A stretch of 64,000 bases of DNA, taken from NCBI GenBank assembly GCA_963667175.2, contig CAXXXF010000002.1:192001-256000 (forward strand). Direction: 5' to 3'. Made by a program: the position numbers and the translations under genes. Each line of letters begins with the position of its first letter. Position 1 is the stretch's first letter. Source of the stretch: Candidatus Latescibacterota bacterium (GTDB taxonomy: Bacteria; Latescibacterota; UBA2968; GCA-2709665). The notes beneath the pieces are model-generated. The model was not told the origin of the DNA. It searched no databases and was given only the letters and a program-made list of their open reading frames with translations. Positions 37,730 through 48,907 of the stretch are shown one piece after another.

Positions 37730-38977
37730 TCACCCGGCCAGAAGGGGCCCGAGCGTGGCGATGATCTTCTTCGCGCCGGTATAGCCGAAGAAACCAAGGG
37801 TGGCGACGAGGATGGCGTTGATGATGACGTTGCTCCTGAATCCGGGTCCGACCCAGTCGGTCCTGTTGTTCATCAGCAAGAGCGTGAGCGCGACGAGTGG
37901 CAGAAAGAACGAACCCAGCACGGCGTAGGTGAGCTGGACCTCCGCCACGGAGCCCCACAGCAGGACGAGCGGCACGATCGCGAGACCGACCAGGTAGGCG
38001 CGGTAGGGCCTGGATCGCCGGACGTCCGAATTCTGAAAGGCTTCGGGTGAGACTCCTTTTCGCAGGGCGAGGAAATTCGCAAACATGTAGGGGTCGCTCT
38101 GCCAGACGCCAAGCAGGCTGGAGAAGACTGCGCCCCAGAAGCCGAGGAGAAAGGCCCACTTGCCCGGCGCCCCCAGCGCCAGTTCGAGCTGGTTCGAAAG
38201 GATGAGCGCCAGCGATGCCCCCTTCCCGTCCAGCGCCACCCGCGATCCGATGATGATCATCGCAACGCCGAACAGCGCGGTGACGGTGTACCCCACCGCC
38301 AGGTCGATACGGCAGGCTTCCACACCCTTGCGACCGTGCCTGCCCGTTTCCCGGATCCAGTATCCGTAGGACAGCAGCGTGACCGTTCCGCCCACGCCTC
38401 CCAGCACGCCGAGGGTCCAGCCCACGCCGCCTGACGGGATGACCGGAAAGAACAGGCCCTTTGCAAGGGCATTCCAGTCCGGCCCCAGCAACAGGGCCGT
38501 GAGCAACACGGTAACAAACATCAACCCGATGCACGCCGACATGAGGACTTCGAACACGCGGAACCCGCCGATCCAGACCAGGGCCAGGCCGGCCAGCGCG
38601 TGGACGATGCCCCACGTGATCTTCGACGTCGCCGGATCGCCGATGGGTAACAGACCGGCGCCCGCTACGCCGCAGGCCGTCACCAGCGCGCCGCCCACCG
38701 AAAAGCTCCAGATCAGAAGGTAAACGATAAAGACCCACTGCACCCAGGCGCCAAGGCGATGGACCCAGCCTTCCAGCATGGTGGTTCCGGTGGCCATTTG
38801 CCAGCGGGCGATGCCCTCGTTCAGGGTCCATTTGAGCAACGCGCCGATCACGGCCGCCCACGCGAGGCCAACGCCGATCTTCGAGCCGGCCAGGCTGGCC
38901 GTCAGCAGGTCTCCCGCGCCGACGCCGGTGGCGGCCATGAGAATGCCGGGAAGAATGAGAGCGGGTCTGAAACGCAC
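37730..38977 (-). CDS. Nramp-family (YcsG-like) divalent metal/solute transporter
   Basis: PGILMAATGVGAGDL, ARWQMATG and GGVGGTVTLLSYGYW; about 11 TM helices. Confidence 0.9.
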   Translation of the reverse strand: MRFRPALILPGILMAATGVGAGDLLTASLAGSKIGVGLAWAAVIGALLKWTLNEGIARWQMATGTTMLEGWVHRLGAWVQWVFIVYLLIWSFSVGGALVTACGVAGAGLLPIGDPATSKITWGIVHALAGLALVWIGGFRVFEVLMSACIGLMFVTVLLTALLLGPDWNALAKGLFFPVIPSGGVGWTLGVLGGVGGTVTLLSYGYWIRETGRHGRKGVEACRIDLAVGYTVTALFGVAMIIIGSRVALDGKGASLALILSNQLELALGAPGKWAFLLGFWGAVFSSLLGVWQSDPYMFANFLALRKGVSPEAFQNSDVRRSRPYRAYLVGLAIVPLVLLWGSVAEVQLTYAVLGSFFLPLVALTLLLMNNRTDWVGPGFRSNVIINAILVATLGFFGYTGAKKIIATLGPLLAG

Positions 38978-39035
38978 GGGGAATCCTGATTTCGGGTTGC
39001 GAGGTCACAACAGGCGATACCGGAGCTCGGCCACC

Positions 39036-39064
39036 TAAATAAGGAGGCGCGGGGACCCCGTCAA
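39036..39064 (-). promoter_or_regulatory. Putative promoter for the Nramp gene
   Basis: Minus strand TTGACG-N17-TATTTA, back-to-back with the 39097 promoter. Confidence 0.4.
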
Positions 39065-39096
39065 GCAAAAACCGCCGGCTTACACCGAAATGGCGC

Positions 39097-39125
39097 TTGA
39101 CACGTTGTCGACGGATTTCTATAAT
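39097..39125 (+). promoter_or_regulatory. Consensus sigma70 promoter (TPR-eno-ykgJ operon)
   Basis: Perfect TTGACA (39097-39102), 17-bp spacer, TATAAT (39120-39125). Confidence 0.85.
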
Positions 39126-39153
39126 TCAGACACTTCCCGGAGACAGAGTCGCG

Positions 39154-41531
<2,378 letters not shown>

Positions 41532-41542
41532 GCGCCTGCATT

Positions 41543-42277
41543 TTGAAAACACCTCTGTTACAGATCGCGCCCTCCGGCGAGCGGCGATGGCTCAGCGATT
41601 CCGATCGTCGGCGCCTCCAGGCGGTTTACGACCAGGCGCCGGCCGTTTCGTGCCACTGCGACCGGTTGGGACAGTGCTGCGAACTCACGAAGGAGGAAAT
41701 GGAAGCGGATTTCGCAACCATGTATCCGCTCTATACGGTTGAGTATTTGAACATCGCAGACTACGTGCAGGACCACTTCGAGGCTGGACGACGCGACGCT
41801 TTGCTGCGGTTAACGGAGGAGCGGCCGGTGCGCTGCCCGTTTCTGACCGCCGACGGGGGATGTTCAATCTACCCGGTTCGTCCGCTGGTCTGCCGGACCT
41901 ACGGGGTGTTGAGCCGCGAAGCGGTGGAGGAAACGGCGCGCGGGGCCCGCGGTAAGGTGTCCGCGCAGTGGATCTCGTCGTTTCTGTTTACGGAACGCCA
42001 CGCGGTCTGCCCGCGTACACGCATGATGGCTCCTGAAAAACTGGCGGCGCATGCGCAGAGCATGGTTCGATTCAACTACGAGAGGGAATTGCTGACGCTG
42101 GGCCGGGAGGCGGAACCCTTTGATGAGGCCCGTGCGGCCCTGCTGTCGTCCGTGACCGGTCTGAATCGGGTGACACGATGGACCTGGGGCGGATACAACG
42201 CGCTGCTTCGGGCGCCGTTTGCCTGGCTGGAGCGACACTTTGCCGGCTATTGGCGTCGGTCCGCCCTTGCGGAATAG
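41543..42277 (+). CDS. YkgJ-family cysteine-cluster (Zn/Fe-chelating) protein
   Basis: C.C....QCC and CPFL....CSIYPVRPLVCR.YG. Confidence 0.85.
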   Translation: MKTPLLQIAPSGERRWLSDSDRRRLQAVYDQAPAVSCHCDRLGQCCELTKEEMEADFATMYPLYTVEYLNIADYVQDHFEAGRRDALLRLTEERPVRCPFLTADGGCSIYPVRPLVCRTYGVLSREAVEETARGARGKVSAQWISSFLFTERHAVCPRTRMMAPEKLAAHAQSMVRFNYERELLTLGREAEPFDEARAALLSSVTGLNRVTRWTWGGYNALLRAPFAWLERHFAGYWRRSALAE

Positions 42278-42334
42278 CGAGACCACTCCGGCGGACGGGG
42301 CATTCGGCGGGCCGTGAACGACCCTCCCGACGAT

Positions 42335-43927
42335 TTATGGTGACTTGCCGAAGTTCCGCGCGAACATGATGAAATCTCCAAACGAGACGGCGCGGTCCCC
42401 GTCCAGATCGAACGAGGGGTCGAAGCCCGGTCTGCCCGCGGATTTACCGAAGCCCGCGGCAAATGCGACGAAATCGGAAAAGCCGACCGTTCCGCTGGCG
42501 TCGAAGTCAGCCGCCGCGGGGGCGTGGCCTTCGCGCGAGGCGAGGGAAAGGGTGTACGTGTGGGGGCCGGCGGACGTGCGTGTGACGGCCAATACGGTTG
42601 GCGAGCCGCCGTAGAGACCGATGCGCCGCCGCGCGCCGCCCGGTACGGCGACGGCAGCGACGTCGTGCCCGTTGTCCGTTTCGGAGACCAGTGTCAGGAG
42701 CAGGTCGCTGCCGCTGCCGACGTCCAGCGAAAAGCCCGGGAATCCTGACGTTCGAGGCACGAAATAGTCGATGCCCCAGAGCTGAAGGGCGCCGCCGAGG
42801 TCGTCGGCGGGAACCGGGACGGGTTCGCTTCTGACCGTCTCCAGCGTGAGGCCACGGTAACCCGGACCGCTCTCGTCGTTCACGAATACGGCTGCGGCCC
42901 AGTGAGACCAGAATTGATCGAAGCGATCGATCTCTCCGAGGGACGCCAGGGTACCGTCGAACCCGGCAATGCCGTTTTCCGGTTGGGCGACCAGCCGGGC
43001 GACGGCCGAATCGCCGTATCTCTCTGCGAAGTAGGTCGTCAGCAGAAAGGTCTGGTCGAAGAGGAAAGGCAGCAGGTTGCCGGCGGACCAGCTGGCGGCA
43101 TCCGTCAGACCGGCGTTGAATGGCACGCGATGGGCGGATTCCGGTGATTTGAGCAGGTTCGGCGCGCCCAGGAACAACTGTCCGGCCGTGCCTGTCGTGT
43201 CCTTGTATCCGCAGGCGAGTTCGGCGTATTCCGAACAGCCCTCGTCGACCCATCGGTTTTCGTCCGGGTCGGCGTTCCAGTGAAGCATGTGCTGGAATTC
43301 GTGGGCAAGGGTCGCGCGCGCCAGTTTTCCGCCGAGGTCCAGAGGATCGCTGTCGATATACAGGATTTCCCGGCCGACCGGCGCGGCCTGATTCGCGGTA
43401 TCGTAGTACCCCAGGACGTGGCCGCTCAGGACGTTGTCCAAAATGTCCAGGACAACGATCACGACGCGCGGGTCGCCATCCGCGTCGGGCGGGGGGCCGA
43501 AGATTTCCGTACCGATGGAAAAGATGCCGCGTCCGCGATGCCTCGGGGTGGACCGGTCGAATGCGCGGGCCAGGGATGCGACGGCGTTCGGCGTGACGCG
43601 GGCGCCGCTCCAGATCACGTCTTCCACGAAGACATAACAGTGCTCGCCGCGCAGACGGCACGTGGTGGTGGTGAGGTAATAGGGATTGGAACCCGGAGTT
43701 GCGCCGAAATTGTACGCACGAACGGTCAGCGGGTCGCCGACGTCAAACGTCTCGGCGGCCGTTCTCTTTGCCGCGGGGCCGGGATGGGGATGAACGGGCA
43801 GGAGGAGCGTACCGCAACGGGCCTCGGCGCCGGCGAACGCGGCGGTTGACGTCAAAAGGCAAAGTGCGACCGCTGCGGAGGCAGAACGCCAGGACCGGGA
43901 CACAGGATTGGAAATCGTCGACGTCAA
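42335..43927 (-). CDS. Secreted Zn metallopeptidase with C-terminal double EF-hand/dockerin-like domain
   Basis: Signal peptide plus RCG; TLAHEFQHMLH and WVDEG.SEYA (gluzincin-like); ADFDASGTVGFSDF...FDLDGDRAVSFGDF. Start is uncertain. Confidence 0.85.
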   Translation of the reverse strand: MTSTISNPVSRSWRSASAAVALCLLTSTAAFAGAEARCGTLLLPVHPHPGPAAKRTAAETFDVGDPLTVRAYNFGATPGSNPYYLTTTTCRLRGEHCYVFVEDVIWSGARVTPNAVASLARAFDRSTPRHRGRGIFSIGTEIFGPPPDADGDPRVVIVVLDILDNVLSGHVLGYYDTANQAAPVGREILYIDSDPLDLGGKLARATLAHEFQHMLHWNADPDENRWVDEGCSEYAELACGYKDTTGTAGQLFLGAPNLLKSPESAHRVPFNAGLTDAASWSAGNLLPFLFDQTFLLTTYFAERYGDSAVARLVAQPENGIAGFDGTLASLGEIDRFDQFWSHWAAAVFVNDESGPGYRGLTLETVRSEPVPVPADDLGGALQLWGIDYFVPRTSGFPGFSLDVGSGSDLLLTLVSETDNGHDVAAVAVPGGARRRIGLYGGSPTVLAVTRTSAGPHTYTLSLASREGHAPAAADFDASGTVGFSDFVAFAAGFGKSAGRPGFDPSFDLDGDRAVSFGDFIMFARNFGKSP

Positions 43928-43985
43928 GGCGTTGCCGCCCTTTCACGGCCGTTGTGATACGTCGATGCGAATCTGCGCCCGGGGC

Positions 43986-44633
43986 TCAGAACGCGTGATC
44001 GAAACCTGCGTACAGACTGCCCCGGAGACCCGCGCGAAGCTGTACGCCGGCGCCCCGCGTACGGGTCTTGCGCGCGATAGAAGCCGCGTTCAATGCGCTC
44101 GCGAAGCGGTTGAAGATAAGGCCGCCGACAAACAGGAAAGCCTTCTGTTCAGCGGAAGTGGCCTTGCTGCGCAGATCCTGAAATTTGACGCGGGAGGCTT
44201 CGGAGTCCCACTCCCAGACCTGGCCGGCGGATTCGGTCCGCAGATTCGCATGTTCGCCCGCGAGGAAGCGTTCGCGCTGGTTTCGCTCGTAGATACTCTC
44301 GAAACTACCCACCTCCTTGATGACGGACTCGGGTAGATTCCGCAGACGGATCCCCGCATGAGCGGCGGCATGGGCACGATAGGCGTCGACGCGGTACGTT
44401 TCGAGGAACCGGAACGTGGCCATTCCGGTCCACAGGATTCCTTCCGTGACCAGAAAGAAACGCCCGGAACGGGGGCCGCCGGCGTACAGTTCGCCCAGAC
44501 CGGGCAGAACGAGCGACAGCGCGGCGGCTCTGGCCGGCGACTTGCCCCTGGCGTGTCCCGCGGAAGGCGCGCCGACCAGAAGGAGGGTCATCACCGCGTG
44601 AAAGACGAAGGATCCTGGGAATCGGTGTGCCAT
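43986..44633 (-). CDS. Hypothetical envelope protein (DUF5683-like)
   Basis: Signal peptide, KSPARAAALSLVLPGLGELYAG, NRFASALNA and a C-terminal Phe; paralog of 44667-45398. Confidence 0.8.
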   Translation of the reverse strand: MAHRFPGSFVFHAVMTLLLVGAPSAGHARGKSPARAAALSLVLPGLGELYAGGPRSGRFFLVTEGILWTGMATFRFLETYRVDAYRAHAAAHAGIRLRNLPESVIKEVGSFESIYERNQRERFLAGEHANLRTESAGQVWEWDSEASRVKFQDLRSKATSAEQKAFLFVGGLIFNRFASALNAASIARKTRTRGAGVQLRAGLRGSLYAGFDHAF

Positions 44634-44666
44634 GCCTTACTCCTGGGAAGATTCTTCGAGCGGCGA

Positions 44667-45398
44667 TCAGAAAGCGAGGCGGAACGCCACTTCGGCCCGT
44701 TCCGGTGCTGGAAATACGGTGATTCGCAGGGACCGTGTGCGGAATGCCGCATGGATGGAACTCGCGATGCGGTTGACAACCGTCAGGCCGATGATGACGG
44801 AGGCGCGTTTGAGCAGTTTGTTGCTTTCGTTGCGCCGGTTTTCGTAGTCGATGCGCCGGCTGGAGACAACCTCGCCGTTTCCGGTTTCGAAGCCCACGCC
44901 GCGCACGTCTTTCCAGCCGAAGACAAACTGGTCGTACTTCCCGATCATCTCATAGTATTGCTGGGTGTCCACGTTGTGACAGCCGTCCTGAGCGCGTTTG
45001 CAGGGCAGGGTTTCGGTTTCAATATAGGGCGAACCCCTGGATTGGTTGTATTCCTGCCACTCGCGGTAACGGCTTTCGTCCCAGTTGCTGTCTGCAAAGG
45101 CGCGAAATTCGGCCTTGAGGTCGTTGCCCCTGCTCCGCCAGCGTAGATAGTTGAACCAGGTGAGCGCTTCGATCCCGAGAAAAACAGCCGCCCGTTTCGG
45201 CTCGCCCGCGTAGAGTTCGCCAAGACCCGGAACCACAAGCGACATCGCGAACGCCAGTTTGGGCGATTTGCGTCCGACCCGCGCGGGTTCGTCATTCTGA
45301 AGCCACGGACCTGCGCGGGAGGGGCCGTGGACGAGACGCTCGGCGGCCTGTGCGGGGAGACCAGCCAGCAGGATCAGTATCGGGATGACACGGCACAC
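44667..45398 (-). CDS. Hypothetical envelope protein (DUF5683-like)
   Basis: Signal peptide, KSPKLAFAMSLVVPGLGELYAG, QQYYEMIGKYDQF..GW and a C-terminal Phe. Confidence 0.82.
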   Translation of the reverse strand: MCRVIPILILLAGLPAQAAERLVHGPSRAGPWLQNDEPARVGRKSPKLAFAMSLVVPGLGELYAGEPKRAAVFLGIEALTWFNYLRWRSRGNDLKAEFRAFADSNWDESRYREWQEYNQSRGSPYIETETLPCKRAQDGCHNVDTQQYYEMIGKYDQFVFGWKDVRGVGFETGNGEVVSSRRIDYENRRNESNKLLKRASVIIGLTVVNRIASSIHAAFRTRSLRITVFPAPERAEVAFRLAF

Positions 45399-45420
45399 AA
45401 GAAACTCCTGACATTAAGAA

Positions 45421-45778
45421 AGCGATCAGCGGTCAGCCTTCAGCCAAGAGCAAAGGCGACAACCAAAACCGAAAAAACAAGAGCCGTCAGCCATCAGCCA
45501 TCAGCCTGAAACAAAAGGCAAAAGCCAAACAGCAATGCGTAAATGGCGCAAATATCAGCGCAGTTGTTGTCGTGGTAGGGGCGGTTCGAGAACCGCCCAA
45601 ATACAGGCGCAGGATCTGTGATCCCCTCACGCGGTCCTGATTTACGCCCCCTCTCCCCCCGGGAGAGGGGGTCTGGGGGAGAGGTCTGCGCCCCTTTCGG
45701 TTCTTTCTAATCATGGCGCGGAAGTCAATGGGTTGATTTCGCTTCAAGCTGACTGCTGAAAGCTGATGGCTGATCGCT
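45421..45778. repeat. Composite intergenic repeat: inverted heptamer arrays enclosing two REP-like hairpins
   Basis: (N2TCAGC)n at 45421-45444 and about 45483-45506 face (GCTGAN2)n at 45748-45778. GTAGGGGCGGTTCGAGAACCGCCC at 45575-45598; CCCCCTCTCCC-GGGAGAGGGGG at 45647-45671. Confidence 0.75.
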
Positions 45779-45780
45779 GT

Positions 45781-48700
45781 CTATCTTCCTCCAACACTTT
45801 GCAGGTATCCGAAAAGCAGGGTGAAGTAGAATTTGAAACCGCTTTTTTCCAGTTCCTCGCCGGGTGCCACGCGCGGTACCGTGTCCATGCCGTAGGCGAC
45901 GTCCAGGCTGGCGCGGGTCGGAAAGGTGTAGAAGGACGTGGCGTCGTAGCGGATCTGGACGCCGACGTCCCGCTTCCAGCCGCGGTTGAGCACGCTGTCC
46001 ATTTCGTCGCCGTCCCAGGCGCGGCCGATACCTGCGAAGACGGATCCGAAGAGCTGGTCGGAGTAGATGGGACCAGTCTGCCGATCCATCCCGGTCCGGA
46101 TGGGAAAGCGGTACGCGGCGCGGAACATGGCGGCCCTCCGGCCTTCCAGGCTATAGAACGTATATCCCTTCATATACGGCAGGCCGCCGAGGAAATAGTC
46201 GAAGTAGTCATCCACTTCGCTGTCGATCATCCCGCCGTAAAAGCGCAGCCCGAGTGCGCTGCGTCCGGGACCCACCGGCAGGTATTCGATCCAGCTCAGG
46301 GTCAGCCGGTTGTAGAAGTAGCGGTCGAACGTCTCAATCAGAAGGGACGTGTCTTCCTTGAACCCGCTGATGAAATAATTGAACTGACGGTCATAGCGGA
46401 ACCGCATCTCCCGGCCGGCGCGCGGGTTGATCTCCCGGTCTCTGGTACGGAGGACGTTGTTCAGGGAATACGTGAATGAAAAATTGAAGCCGTGGTGGGT
46501 GGTGGCGCCGACGCTTACTTCGCCCATGCCGTTGAAGCGGGCTACGTCCTGGCCGGTGGTCGACAGGTTGTAGATGAATCGCGCGTCCATGCGGCTGCCG
46601 GCGCCCAGCCGGCGCCATGCCCCGAGTTCCACGCCCGAAAGCGTGAACGTCTGACTGAAGATGCGGAAGTTTTCGTCCCGGTTGAGTACGTCGTCTTCTT
46701 CGTGACGGACGGCCCGGTAGGCTTCCAGAAAGACGGTCGGCCGCCAGCGGCGGTACTCGTAGACCGCGAAGAGGTCCAGGTCCAGGTCACGGGCGGCCAT
46801 GGCCCCCACGAGCAGGGACTGTTTGTTGAGTACGTCGTTGGATCCGGCGAAGATGCCCAGTTTGAACTTTCCCGCGTCTATGGCAATGCGCGGATAGATC
46901 GACGTTGTGGAGAATTCGTTGCCATAGGAACGGGCTTTGGCGCCCGCTACTTGAGGAGCCAGAGGCAAGGGGGGAGACGACGTGGCGTCGGGCGCGAAGA
47001 TGCCCGGCGCCACCGGTTCCCAGGCGCCTTTGCCGGATATGACCCGGATCTCGTACCCTGAAGCGCCGTAGTGGGAAAAGGCAATGCGGCGGTCCCCGGG
47101 ATTGACGTGCGGCTGAAGAGCGCCCCCCAGAACACGGGTGACGCGGTGCGCGGCGCCGTCGATCAGGCTGAAGTGATACAGGTTGAAGATGCCGTCCTGA
47201 TCGGAGGCGAAGACCAGACCCGCCCCGTCGGGAGTCCAGGAAGGATCGCGGTCCGTGCCCGACGAACCGATGACCGGGATGAGCCGTCCCCCATCGGCAG
47301 GTACGATGGCAATGTCCCGGGTTTCGTTCGGACGGAACACCGAGCAGGCGATCTGCGAACCGTCGGGCGACCAGCGAGGCGTGTAGACCTGTGAACCGTC
47401 GTCGAATGACGTGAGCCGGCGAAGGTTTCCGCCGTCGACGTCCATCACGGCCAGGTTGGTGGAACCGCGGCCGTTAATCACCAGAGCGATCTGTTTTCCA
47501 TTCGGTGAATACGCCGGATGGCTGGCGCGGAGTCCGTGCGTCAGACGACTCTGGTTGGGTGGCAGTTTCTGAGACAGACCGAGTGTCGCCCGCGTCTTCT
47601 GAAACAGGCCGCCGTCCCGCGACGCGGTCGGGTCGACCGTATACAGATCCCGGAAACGGGAGCCGTATCTGTCGGGCGCGCTGCGGCGGGCGAAGATGAG
47701 GCGGGGGCCGTTCGGCGACCAGTCCGGCGCCGTGTCCGCGCCGCCGGCGAGGGTCCTGGACGTGCTGTCAGAGAGCGTATGCACAACCAGGGCGGTACGG
47801 CCGAAGTCGCTGCCCTGGTTGGTGAGATGAGCCAGTTGTCTTCCATCCCGCGACCAGCGGGGATGGAGGTTGAAGTACCCCTTGCCGTGAAGGATTTCGC
47901 CATCGACCAGGCGTCCTTCGAGTTCGGCCTTCTGAACTTCGTACCGTTCTTCCAGGGCGGCAACCCAGCGCCGGTGGAGTTCGCGCCCGGAGATGCCGAT
48001 GGCGCCGCGGACGGCGGATTCGAAGTCGGTTCGCCACAACCTGGTCATATTACGGTAGATTTCCGGCAGTTTGCCCTCGCCGAACGTGTTGACAATGAAC
48101 AGGGTCAGGGCGTAGCCGTGGTCGTACACCTTCTCCAGACCCAGGCCGGTCTTGGACCCGAATACGCCCATTTCCTCGTAGGTGAGCAACCGGTTGTGCA
48201 GCGTGGACATGCGCAGGATCATGTCGCGGTGGGAGTCCCAGCGGTCGAAATGGACGTCCGGCGCCATATATTGGGCGGTTCCTTCGGCGAACCACGGCGG
48301 TACGATGGTCAGGGGAACGGCGTAAGACGCAAAGACGTCCGGATAGCCCGTGAGAATATCGTCGCGCCGTTCTTCGTTCTGGTAGCCCAGATAGTGGAAG
48401 TAAATCGCGGGCATGCGTCGCGGGCCCTTTCGGGCCGTCTGCAGCGAAATGATGTGGGTGAATTCATGCGCGATCACATTCTGCAGCCAGTTGGTGTCCC
48501 CGCGAAGTTCGAATTCCAGGCTGGACGCCCAGATTTCCATGGTGTTGTGATAATAAAAGGCCGCGCCATTGGCATAGTCGTCGGTGTCTTTCAGGATCAG
48601 CCGTATTTTTTCGTCCGGAGTGAAACCGTAGAACGTCGTGACCGGGCCGTACACGGTTTCGGCGGCCGTTGCGGCGCGACGGGCAAAGTCGGCGAGGCCC

Positions 48701-48831
48701 TGATGGTAGTATATCTTGAAGTGGGCGGTCTCCAGGACCTCCCAGCGCAACTCGGGATGGTTGGCGTCGAACTGGGCGACGGCCGGCAACGGCGCCCACA
48801 ACAGCGCGGCCAGGCACATCCCGACGGTCAT
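45781..48831 (-). CDS. Peptidase MA-like + TolB/PD40 propeller + Omp85/BamA-like barrel fusion protein
   Basis: Signal peptide, ETAHFKIYY, IAHEFTH, PWFAEG, several PxWSPDG repeats, and a C-terminal barrel with an LGG....KGY loop. The ORF could start at 48900. Confidence 0.85.
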   Translation of the reverse strand: MTVGMCLAALLWAPLPAVAQFDANHPELRWEVLETAHFKIYYHQGLADFARRAATAAETVYGPVTTFYGFTPDEKIRLILKDTDDYANGAAFYYHNTMEIWASSLEFELRGDTNWLQNVIAHEFTHIISLQTARKGPRRMPAIYFHYLGYQNEERRDDILTGYPDVFASYAVPLTIVPPWFAEGTAQYMAPDVHFDRWDSHRDMILRMSTLHNRLLTYEEMGVFGSKTGLGLEKVYDHGYALTLFIVNTFGEGKLPEIYRNMTRLWRTDFESAVRGAIGISGRELHRRWVAALEERYEVQKAELEGRLVDGEILHGKGYFNLHPRWSRDGRQLAHLTNQGSDFGRTALVVHTLSDSTSRTLAGGADTAPDWSPNGPRLIFARRSAPDRYGSRFRDLYTVDPTASRDGGLFQKTRATLGLSQKLPPNQSRLTHGLRASHPAYSPNGKQIALVINGRGSTNLAVMDVDGGNLRRLTSFDDGSQVYTPRWSPDGSQIACSVFRPNETRDIAIVPADGGRLIPVIGSSGTDRDPSWTPDGAGLVFASDQDGIFNLYHFSLIDGAAHRVTRVLGGALQPHVNPGDRRIAFSHYGASGYEIRVISGKGAWEPVAPGIFAPDATSSPPLPLAPQVAGAKARSYGNEFSTTSIYPRIAIDAGKFKLGIFAGSNDVLNKQSLLVGAMAARDLDLDLFAVYEYRRWRPTVFLEAYRAVRHEEDDVLNRDENFRIFSQTFTLSGVELGAWRRLGAGSRMDARFIYNLSTTGQDVARFNGMGEVSVGATTHHGFNFSFTYSLNNVLRTRDREINPRAGREMRFRYDRQFNYFISGFKEDTSLLIETFDRYFYNRLTLSWIEYLPVGPGRSALGLRFYGGMIDSEVDDYFDYFLGGLPYMKGYTFYSLEGRRAAMFRAAYRFPIRTGMDRQTGPIYSDQLFGSVFAGIGRAWDGDEMDSVLNRGWKRDVGVQIRYDATSFYTFPTRASLDVAYGMDTVPRVAPGEELEKSGFKFYFTLLFGYLQSVGGR

Positions 48832-48907
48832 GCGCGACGAGCGCCGTGTCCGACCGCTATTGCGCGCCTGTCGTATACAATGTACTTCCCGTGTATGCAT
48901 CGGACGG

